Below are positions 10,595-20,000 of a stretch of 20,000 nt of DNA, piece by piece. Source of the stretch: Gonapodya sp. JEL0774 (lineage: Eukaryota). The stretch spans positions 45,381 through 65,380 of the forward strand of contig JADIIX010000128.1 in NCBI GenBank assembly GCA_027604505.1. The letters are read 5' to 3'. The stretch's first letter is position 1. Every line of letters starts with the position of its first letter. Under the pieces are notes generated by a model that saw only the letters and a program-made list of their open reading frames with translations, did not search any database and was not told where the DNA came from. A program made the position numbers and the translations under genes.

Positions 10595-13587
10595 CGCATA
10601 CTTGAAAGTCAATCACGTGTTGGAATTATTTTTTGAAAGTTTGAATAATTACAGTGATTATACACGGCTCGTGTTTCTCGCCACGACCTATGTGCCTTCC
10701 TTTTCGAAGCATCACACTTTCTGTCAACAACCAGTGAGAGCTGTGGTAATGGGCGATACCAGACGAACTCATTCGCATTGGAATTTCGTTTCGGTTGTGA
10801 CAATTGGGCCAAGCTTCACACCGGCAAGCTTCCATCCAAGCAAAGATGTAGAAGTGCGCCTGGTCACTTATCCAATCCCGTAGGGTAACACAGTCCAAGA
10901 GATCTTGGATCTCCTATGGACATGTGGATTCATTACTTGCCCCATTCTCAAATACTCACAATTTCTCAAGCATGTTGTCCTTGCCAAAGTACGGACCCAT
11001 CAGACTCGGCAAATTTTGAATCTGTGGGAGCCGATTTCCCATATGCAAAAACTGCAAGTATCCTCAAGACTCAAGATAGGAAGTTTCAGAGCTAGAGTAA
11101 TTGCGAATATAGGATGGGTGGAGTCGGCACCTTTCATTAACGAGATGCGGATATGTAGTATCACACAATGCGACGAGTACCGTTAGTGACACGTCAGAAT
11201 TAATAAGATTATTTGCGGTTTCATGCCCAGGCAACTCACAGTTCAAAATCTCCGTGATGAGGACGTCACTGGTGATAGGTTACTCCATCTCACGTTGGTA
11301 TGTACGCAGCGAGAAGGTGATTTAAAGCACAACGTTGATAAATCTACCATTTCAAGCTTTGTGAATTTCTGGTACGCTGACAACAAACGAACCAAATCTG
11401 CGAGAGAGATTTTGGGAACAGCACATAACTCAACACAAGATAGGTCTTGCAGGATCCGACGTAAACCCTTTTAATAATTGTTCCAAAATTCGTTCGCGAT
11501 CTTTTGTAGCGGAGTTAGAATGAGTTAGTCCGTGGCGTCTGTGCCGTGCCGCCAGAGGGACTCGACGAGCCAACGAGGCCAACTTCGCCGATCGTTCGCA
11601 GTTGTGTTTTCACCTTTGGAACCCGATCAGTGCAAGGTTAATACTGCTCACTTGTTTAATAGTGCGATGGAATCGGGGATGCCAATCACTCAGCAGATAG
11701 AATTTGTCCCTGTCATGGGGATCCTTCAATCCCGGAACACTTGAGCGTACGATGATGCAAATTGATGGCTTTATAAACGAATGAAGCAACGGGAGGTCCC
11801 GCTCAATTTCGAGGTTCGAGTGACTATGGAGACCTTCACTGTCCTTAATCGATGGTGGAGCTCACCCCAATGTCCACCGACTCAGACGAAGGGCATCACG
11901 CGTTTTCTTCGACTTGATACAAGTCGCCGATAGCTTACATCTCAGGCGATAGCTTGCTGAAGCGGGAGACGGCGAAGATCAGGGAACTGCAGACCGGGCG
12001 CCCAGTCTATCCATCCTGGAGTGACTCCGTAAATTGACCGGCTGAACGGTGTCCAATGGGTTTCTTTTGGAATTGTCGGAAATGAAGACGAGAATAGAAA
12101 TCAGGGGAAAGGCAATGACGTGGGAAATCTGACATGTTCGCCACAACAAAGATGACCTCACCACCACACATTGGCGACTCAAAACTTCAAAACGACCGCA
12201 TTTCGATCAATTCCAGAAGGAAGAGTGCGCCCGGATGCCCTGGGTTCTGAAATCAGGGGAATTAGCTCCTGTTTGGTGACGACAGATCAACAGCGCAGCA
12301 ACTTTCCATCCGCAGTGAATAGGAGTTGTCTGCCCACTCAAATCTGCTACCTGTCGGACAATGATTTTGACCCAAAGTGTGGAAACCAGGGCGAGGTGAA
12401 TGGGCTGGCGGTTTCTGGACTAGCAACGGACAGAAGGAGAGAATCATATCAGATGAATGAAAACTATTACGCGGGCAAGATTCAATCCAAACATTACCAG
12501 CTGCGTATTGTTTGCGATGGTTTCGGCTATCTCCTCCCGGATAGTCTCAGTCATCGTCGCGCTTTCGTCGGCAAGAGAGTTGCAAATATTTGATGCCCGG
12601 CTTGAAGTTGGAGTGACCCATGCGAACTTCAAACCACCATAACTCAACAATGAAGGATCGGAATGGAATGATTGACACGGAATTCGATTCCTACAAATTC
12701 TCTCTCAAAGACTCCCCCGTAAAGATTACAATCTACGAGTTTGAGTCTTTTCCAGGTCACGCGATGCCAGGGTCAAGATTTGAGGCTTAGCTACCAATTC
12801 AAAAGTGCCAGGCTCCGGTTCTCTGAATCTTCATCTTTCCAACAAACTTGGAACCGCGACTCCACGGACGGCGCAGACAGTGCGCTGAGTAAATTTGAGC
12901 GCCTACTTCACAACGGACGCGTCTGCTTCGTCTTCTCGCTCGGTGTCGCGTTCTGCTGACCCCTGTTCCGGTTCGTGATGAGTTCCGTCATCGCCAGCAG
13001 CACATCAACCCCAGAGGCTCGCCAGAACGCAGCTACTCGTACGTCTTGGAGGTTGAGACCTCGCTGGTGGGAGCTCAGAGTCAAGACAAGTGCTGGTGAG
13101 CTCCGCAGCCAGTTGATGAAGGGGTCACACGACCACCTTCATCTCACCGTCGTCTTCCCCAAATACTCTTGCAACGCCGGCAATCTCACTACGAATACAT
13201 TTGAGATAACTGACGGCGACGGAACATGAACAAGCACTCTTTAGAAATCTGCCGAGACCCTTTGCCTTCTACGTTTGAGCGACAGTTGAGGTAAGTTGCA
13301 ACGGATACGTGTCCCTCAGGACAGGACTTGGGAGGGAGTATTATGCGATAGTGACTCTTCTTCATTCATTGAGAAGCGCGCTGACTCGAGGAACGCAGCG
13401 TTTGTCTGCGTGGACGGGACGGAGTGTTGCGCAGCACTGAGACGCTTTCGCCGTGGTCTCTCAGTTGAAGGAGCACGTGGTACTTTTGCATTTTGATGGG
13501 TAGGAAATGCACGAATGGCTTTCGGTATGCAATGTCTTTACCTTGTGCGATGTTGAAAACTGCTTTTGCTTATCCCAAGTTAATCTC

Positions 13588-13645
13588 TCTCATGTTCAAC
13601 AAGAACGCATCCCACATCTCATGTTTAACAAGAACGCATCCCACA
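13588..13645. repeat. 29-bp tandem duplication at the left edge of the array
   Basis: tctcatgttcaacaagaacgcatcccaca followed by tctcatgtttaacaagaacgcatcccaca (1 mismatch). Confidence 0.9.
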
Positions 13646-13673
13646 CTTCCACTTCCCAAGCACACAAGTTCCA

Positions 13674-15653
13674 AGCACGCCACTCAACAGTGGGAACGCA
13701 TTCACCTTGGTGAATTCGTCCCACGGCGGTCTTCTCTTCCAGGAACGGGCCCTCGGCAACTCCTCAACGCTCGTCGCTCGCAGCCATTTTGACCCCGAGG
13801 ATCGAGGCAAACACACCTTGCCGCTCAACAGTGGGAACCAACTTGCCTCGGTGAATTGGTCCCACGGCAAAACCATTCTTTTCCAACGGCCTCGAGAACC
13901 TCGAGAATTCCGGACTCCCAGAAAATGCCCTCTCTACGCTCCCGACAAAGCTCTACAAGTCTACGAGACACTGTCAAGCAGGGCACGCAATCTGAAGGAA
14001 TGTTGAGGCAGATGAGCGCGGTACGTGATAGCTGGGAGTCTTGCCTGTGTCGTGTTTCAGAATCACTTTCTAACAACGATGAACTACCGCCGCAAGTTTG
14101 TGCAAGGCAAGTATTGATCTTTTTCACCGTTACCGTTTTCAACGACCGATATGTGCATCACTGACGCCTTTTTTTATTGTCTATTTCCGAGGACATGTCA
14201 AATTCAGCACCAACACGACAACCGACCCGTCGCTTACGCCACGCCTCTCAACAGTGGGTACGGATTCGCCTTGGCGAGTTCGTTCCACGGCGTTTCTCTC
14301 TTCCAGATGGCTTTCGACGCTGGCGACAACTTGGACTCACCCGGCAGACCCAGCACGCCACTCAACAGTGGGAACGCATTCACCTTGGTGAATTCGTCCC
14401 ACGGCGGTCTTCTCTTCCAGGAACGGGCCCTCGGCAACTNNNNNNNNNNNNNNNNNNNNNNNNNNNNNNNNNNNNNNNNNNNNNNNNNNNNNNNNNNNNN
14501 NNNNNNNNNNNNNNNNNNNNNNNNNNNNNNNNNNNNNNNNNNNNNNNNNNNNNNNNNNNNNNNNNNNNNNNNNNNNNNNNNNNNNNNNNNNNNNNNNNNN
14601 NNNNNNNNNNNNNNNNNNNNNNNNNNNNNNNNNNNNNNNNNNNNNNNNNNNNNNNNNNNNNNNNNNNNNNNNNNNNNNNNNNNNNNNNNNNNNNNNNNNN
14701 NNNNNNNNNNNNNNNNNNNNNNNNNNNNNNNNNNNNNNNTCAGCACCAACACGACAACCGACCCGTCGCTTACGCCACGCCTCTCAACAGTGGGTACGGA
14801 TTCGCCTTGGCGAGTTCGTTCCACGGCGTTTCTCTCTTCCAGATGGCTTTCGACGCTGGCGACAACTTGGACTCACCCGGCAGACCCAGCACGCCACTCA
14901 ACAGTGGGAACGCATTCACCTTGGTGAATTCGTCCCACGGCGGTCTTCTCTTCCAGGAACGGGCCCTCGGCAACTCCTCAACGCTCGTCGCTCGCAGCCA
15001 TTTTGACCCCGAGGATCGAGGCAAACACACCTTGCCGCTCAACAGTGGGAACCAACTTGCCTCGGTGAATTGGTCCCACGGCAAAACCATTCTTTTCCAA
15101 CGGCCTCGAGAACCTCGAGAATTCCGGACTCCCAGAAAATGCCCTCTCTACGCTCCCGACAAAGCTCTACAAGTCTACGAGACACTGTCAAGCAGGGCAC
15201 GCAATCTGAAGGAATGTTGAGGCAGATGAGCGCGGTACGTGATAGCTGGGAGTCTTGCCTGTGTCGTGTTTCAGAATCACTTTCTAACAACGATGAACTA
15301 CCGCCGCAAGTTTGTGCAAGGCAAGTATTGATCTTTTTCACCGTTACCGTTTTCAACGACCGATATGTGCATCACTGACGCCTTTTTTTATTGTCTATTT
15401 CCGAGGACATGTCAAATTCAGCACCAACACGACAACCGACCCGTCGCTTACGCCACGCCTCTCAACAGTGGGTACGGATTCGCCTTGGCGAGTTCGTTCC
15501 ACGGCGTTTCTCTCTTCCAGATGGCTTTCGACGCTGGCGACAACTTGGACTCACCCGGCAGACCCAGCACGCCACTCAACAGTGGGAACGCATTCACCTT
15601 GGTGAATTCGTCCCACGGCGGTCTTCTCTTCCAGGAACGGGCCCTCGGCAACT
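13674..15653. repeat. Tandem array with a 678-bp unit, at least 2 units, interrupted by a 300-N gap
   Basis: An ~88-bp block recurs at 13674, 14352, 14888 and 15566, giving a period of 678 within each contig. 13674-14439 matches 14888-15653 with no differences seen by eye. Confidence 0.92.
13678..15620 (+). ncRNA. Candidate structured RNA motif, 9 visible copies of 3 variants. A: 13678-13728, 14356-14406, 14892-14942, 15570-15620. B: 14241-14293, 14777-14829, 15455-15507. C: 13818-13870, 15032-15084.
   Basis: Consensus GCC-N-CTCAACA-GTGGG-W-AC...CC-TY-GG...GT-YCCAC-GGC. Pairing is preserved between variants by compensatory and G-U substitutions on the + strand. There is no expression evidence. 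Confidence 0.6.
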
Positions 15654-16418
15654 TCTCCATTCTCACTGTCATGTTAAGTCCAATTATCCACCTCCGTTAG
15701 GAAATCGGTCCGATGCACACGAGGAAAACCGATTAACGAGCACTCCGTCTGAGCACGGAAATGTTTTGCGGAAGACAAGCATTGCAGTGCTCATAGTACT
15801 GTTTTCCACACTCACGGGTGAGTTTCAGTTTTTCGTCGATTTCGCGAGTTGGCTCACAAGAAATGTCTCACGTCTTGTATGACAGGAAACCCTCACCATG
15901 CTGCTCAACTGCAGGAAAACCTTTTGAAAGCCCAATTGCCCCGGCCGGTACTCCTGTTCAACGGCTTGGAAATCATCATCGCCAGGACCACTTCCTGGGC
16001 AAGCCTGGCAAATTCGCCCTGCCACCAACATCTCGGGGAGAAATCCGAAGTACCCACTCAATATTCTGTGACGGAAGAATTGTTGCCACAATTTGCACCG
16101 ACCGATCGTTGCCCCACCATGACATGTCGTTCATTTACATGAAAATTTACAAGCAGTAGCATTACTAAATACGCGTGTAACTCAGATGTCTTTGGGAATT
16201 CAATTTTTCTTTGTCTTAACGTTTCCTCGCGGGCTTCGCCCGCTAAAAGTGCACAGACCTCATCCACCTCCCTTTTGAGGGACCCCGCCCATCGTCCGTT
16301 TGAAAGACCCGACGAGAGCGATCCACCTAACAAGTAACTCCTCGAGTACCGTCTAGGATATTCGTTCTTTTTGCTCCACCCTTTCTTCCTTAGATTGTTA
16401 TCCGCCGCCACGTCTGCT

Positions 16419-18186
16419 ATGTCAAAAAGGAAGCCTGTTGATGATGACACAGACGTCGAGGACACTGGAAAGTGGGCGCGATCGTCGGACGGAAGTCGCA
16501 TGCGCTTCCCAGCTCCCTCAGTCCCAGCGGACATTCCCTCCACCTGGGGGTTCGGGGAACCTGCTCCCCTTCACGTGGAATCCTCTGCGCCCACGACAAT
16601 TAGCTCGTCTGGATACGTCTCTAGTCTTTTCAGCCGAGTCGGAGCACATGAGTCGAAGGAATACAGAACAGTTGGTGGGTGTAGAGCCTTCAATGGCACA
16701 CTTCAATGTTCTCCCGCCTACAACCAGGATTAATGCTTTCCACGAAATAATATTTCCACTTTGTGTCCTACTGCGCTCACACTTCTTGGCGATCTTTCAG
16801 GCCAGACGCCGTCTGTCGTCCCATCCGCTGCGACCATTGGACGACTGAACTACCAAAACCTGGATATCCGGAACCCTCCGATCTCCACCTCTTCACCCCC
16901 GTATTCCCCCGCTGCCCTGCCCCACGAACCTATCACATTACCGAAAGCCACCTCTCCTGCTAAGGATGCCGAAAATTACCTTTACGAATTGAAGCTTTTG
17001 GCAGAGGGAATGGGCTTGGAACGAATCAAGATTCCTCCCGTACGTGAGACTGCCTGCAGAAGGTGGTCGTGCGTGTTCATTTTCAATGGGACCAGGTTTG
17101 AATCGGGGGATGATTTTATGAAACCAGAGGACGCTCGGAACGAGACCGCCTACCAAGTCATTCAAGAGTTGGACAGAGCGCTGGCAGGGGCTGGGAATCT
17201 TGTGAACCTAGTGTCTATTGCGAGAGAAGTGAGCCTTGGCAATCGTCTCTTTCCAATGAAGGTCGAGGATTTCCTTGGCTGCAGCTCGGAGGGACGCCGT
17301 ATTGCAGATCGTCTAAGGCAGGTCGCGAACATGATAGGAGCTTCCCCCAAATTCGAGAATGAGGCAGAGAATATAGGAGAACGGCGTCCCCGTTACCGCC
17401 AGCGAATCCAGCTCGGTGATGAAATCTTTGGTTGGAGTGGGTGGTGTGGCGAGCGTCGATTTGCAACTGACGAGGCCACACGGATTGCCGTACAGGCGAT
17501 ACAAGAGGATCTTGGCTGTTACTACTTGAAAGGATGGAACAAGAAGTTGCAGGCGCGAGCTGGAGCTCAGGTCATGGCTGGTAGTGAGGAGGGGCCGGAC
17601 AATGGACTGCACTCCGATCGTTCAGACAAATCACTGGCAAAATCCCTGTCAAGGATACTATATAGTGCTGTTTACGCGACACTGTGGGCACCTGGGGTCC
17701 GCGCAAGTGATGTCGAAGGAGTTGTAACAATAGCTGTGAGATACGTTGTGCACGAGGTGAGATATCCTGTTACATCCGACTTCTCTTATGATTATGAAGC
17801 GTGGATTGCGTGAAACTATTTCGCGGATCATCCGACTTCTCATCTGGGTCTAGGATCCCTACCGCCCGCTCTGGGACGCGCATCGACGATGTGTCGAGCT
17901 TCTTGCTCGTCCTTGGCATCGATTCAGGAGCCTTTCACAAAATTTCATCGCCAAATGGTTTTCACAGACAAGAAACCAAGTCCGGATTGCTGTCCACACT
18001 TGGGCACGTCATCTCCTCATCAGAATATCTCATATCTCCGGAGGTGGGTCGATGGGGGATTGCACCCTGGAGGAGGAAGATATGGATACCACAAAACTGA
18101 AGTATACAGACGAGGGGCTGGACTTTTTGCTCTCGACAATGGACACAAATGTGATACCAGTGAGTCAGCGACAAACGCAGTTCTAG
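16419..18186 (+). CDS. Protein with two divergent double-stranded RNA-binding domains (about 16971-17174 and 17301-17510). Tentative exons 16419-16674, 16801-17756, 17854-18186.
   Basis: Two alpha-beta-beta-beta-alpha patterns: NYLYELKLLAEGMGL...WSCVFIFNGTRFESGDDFMKPEDARNETAYQVIQEL and RLRQVANMIGASPKFE...YRQRIQLGDEIFGWSGWCGERRFATDEATRIAVQAI. The N-terminus MSKRK is NLS-like and is followed by a P/S-rich linker. Introns gtgggt...tcag (phase 1) and gtgaga...ctag (phase 0) keep the frame. If the last intron is wrong, the protein ends at 17813. Confidence 0.62.
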
Positions 18187-19062
18187 ATAAGAGATTTCTC
18201 AATGGTTCTGCTTCCGAACCCTCTCCTTTACATACATCTTAATCTTTCGGATGATTTACTAGAAAATTGAGGAAGTATGTGATCAGACAATGGATGGTAT
18301 GGGTGTGCAGCCAGAACTGACAGCAAAATTCTACTGTGACGATTGGGATAACTATGGAATGGGTAGTTCCTGGGTACCGCCAGTAAGTTGTACGGAAATT
18401 GGACTCAATTTCAGGATCTCCGATCTCTATTTCTTCCAACATAGAATCCCCAAAATGTAACAAACTTCTTCCGCCCACAAGCCAATGACCCGATAGAGAT
18501 TGGAAGTGTATCCTACAGTGTTGGTAAGATTCAAATTCGGAGAGCGCTAACATTGCGGCCTGCAGGTCATGTTGATGCTACTTATTGTTGTACGTGTAGC
18601 TGTGGAGGATGGGACAGGTGGTGCTCAACCTGAAGTTCGCATACCTGAGAACCCAACAATGCCAGTACTAACATGTCTTGGTCGAGGTATACAGGACTGT
18701 ATTTCTACTGGTTTATCTATGCATTTAAGGAAACAGTCCTCAAAAGCAATTTCGAAAATGGGTGAGGAGGGCATAAAAAGGTATGGGACATATCCAGGAT
18801 TCTTCACTACATTGGTTGCTTTAGTGACAATCCCAACAAACAGACTTCTCGATCCTGTTTTGTCTTCCTTCACTTCCATGTTCTTCATTCAACGTGGGGG
18901 GTCAGAGGTGGTCAAGTCAGTGGGTGGATGCAGCAATTTGATCTTTATGAATCGGCTTCCTGGGGGGCGAATCGCTTGTGTTACTTTCACTGTGTGTCAG
19001 TAAAAATGGAGCTTACATAAGTTGGCACTTGGGGAAGATAAGGACCATTTGAGGACAGACTG

Positions 19063-19147
19063 GGGGGGGGGGGGGGGGGGGGGGGTTAAACAAAAAAAAA
19101 AAAACCACAAAAAATTTTAAACGAAAATTGGNNNNNNNNNNGGGGGG
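19063..19147. other. Poly-G/poly-A low-complexity sequence flanking an assembly gap
   Basis: A long G run, then A runs, then N at 19132-19141. Confidence 0.8.
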
Positions 19148-19191
19148 TTTCACATCGCTTCATGCTCCGCAAAACATTTAGAAAGTATATG

Positions 19192-19249
19192 CGGATATGT
19201 TTATATAAAAGAATTCGTGACGGATATGTTTATATGAAAGAATTCGTGA
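19192..19249. repeat. 29-bp tandem duplication
   Basis: cggatatgtttatataaaagaattcgtga followed by cggatatgtttatatgaaagaattcgtga. Confidence 0.9.
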
Positions 19250-20000
19250 GAGTCTTTCAGTTCTCTCACAAGCTCCTTGCGTCTCGTGGAGACAAATGCC
19301 CAAGAGATGTATTTCCTGTCGTCATTATCTTCTATTCTATGGTGAGCAACGGAGAGCTGGGTGAGCATTATGGTTTGAATACTCATGACTCATCCTGACG
19401 CAGCTCTCCGTCTTGGAATATCCGGTAGCCGCGACAAAGTTTGGATTGAAGGAAATCACGAGTTAGCTTGGACTGGGACAAATCGCTGATTTGAAATGAT
19501 TCCAACAGTAATTTTGTGAAAGGTGGGTCATAGTCGAGTTAATGAATTGAATTGCCTGACAGTCCCCAGGACTTCACGCAACGGTGTACAGAAGTCTCTT
19601 CTGATCGAGTGAACGCTCAGAGTCTGCTTTCTGTACCCGGCCAGTACTAATGTTGTTACTGGACATGAGTCCCCAGTTTGTCATCTCCCAAATCGAATGA
19701 GCCTTCACGTACCAGCTTTTCTAGTACATCGTGGACATTATCGTCCAAATTTGTGAGCAGACTCCAGAGCCAATCTTGCATATTCAAATTGCACATACCA
19801 ATCGCAGCGGTGACATCCTAGAGACTGGTCCTACAGCAGCCTTTTTCTGCTGTTGCTCCATCTGCATACCCGCAACGGGGTTCTATTGAACCGAAAGCAA
19901 TACGGAAGGTGATCAGCATTCCATAATGCCTTCAAGATAGGCTCCCATCAGAGTACTGCGTTGCCGTGATAGGCAGGCAACCAAAAATGTGAAGTCCTCG

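Noticed and set aside
10600..13500. Many short ORFs or a possible transposon
   Set aside because: No transposase, RT or integrase motifs, terminal repeats or coherent splice model were found.
13678..13728. Hammerhead ribozyme (minus strand CUGUUGA), SECIS, IRE or tRNA identity for the hairpin
   Set aside because: CUGUUGA breaks the CUGANGA core and there is no correctly placed GAAA/UH. There is no AUGA/GA quartet, CAGUG is not in the apical loop, and there is no cloverleaf.
14740..15220. Repeat-peptide ORFs on both strands (PLNSG...HG..LFQ on +, WKR..PW...PLL.G on -, resembling a Kex2-processed precursor)
   Set aside because: Motif spacings (114, 141, 423) are multiples of 3, which is notable. 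However, differences between variants are nearly all non-synonymous in both frames and wobble positions are mostly invariant. There is no signal peptide, and base pairing explains the changes better. Not fully excluded.
13674..15653. CRISPR array
   Set aside because: Spacers are irregular (about 60, 90 and 370 bp) and are themselves repeated. The repeats are diverged, there are no cas genes, and the context is eukaryotic.
19063..19085. G-quadruplex from the poly-G run
   Set aside because: It lies at a contig end next to a gap and may be a sequencing artefact.
18239..20000. Possible minus-strand spliced gene (ORFs 18239-18553 and 18625-18888, donor-like gtatgc/gtatgt) with an in-frame TGA at 18889-18891
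   Set aside because: I could not build a consistent model or recognise a domain, and a gap interrupts it. The TGA has no supporting SECIS or homology for a selenocysteine or readthrough claim.

Overview
Eukaryotic, intron-rich DNA that is most likely fungal. It has short GT-AG introns, CBM1 modules and a phenol-hydroxylase-family gene, and the ankyrin/SH3 content hints at an early-diverging lineage (inference only). Five + strand genes can be spliced by hand: a 5'-truncated coiled-coil/SH3 protein, a 9-exon FAD-dependent phenol 2-monooxygenase-like enzyme, an ankyrin-coiled-coil-SH3 protein, a non-catalytic 2xCBM1 single-pass membrane protein, and a protein with two divergent dsRNA-binding domains. 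The most striking element is a tandem array of 678-bp units at 13674-15653. Each unit carries three diverged versions of a ~52-nt stem-loop with compensatory and G-U changes and an invariant CUCAACA bulge. The array lies about 770 bp upstream of the dsRBD gene on the same strand. Three assembly gaps are present (9024-9033, 14440-14739, 19132-19141).
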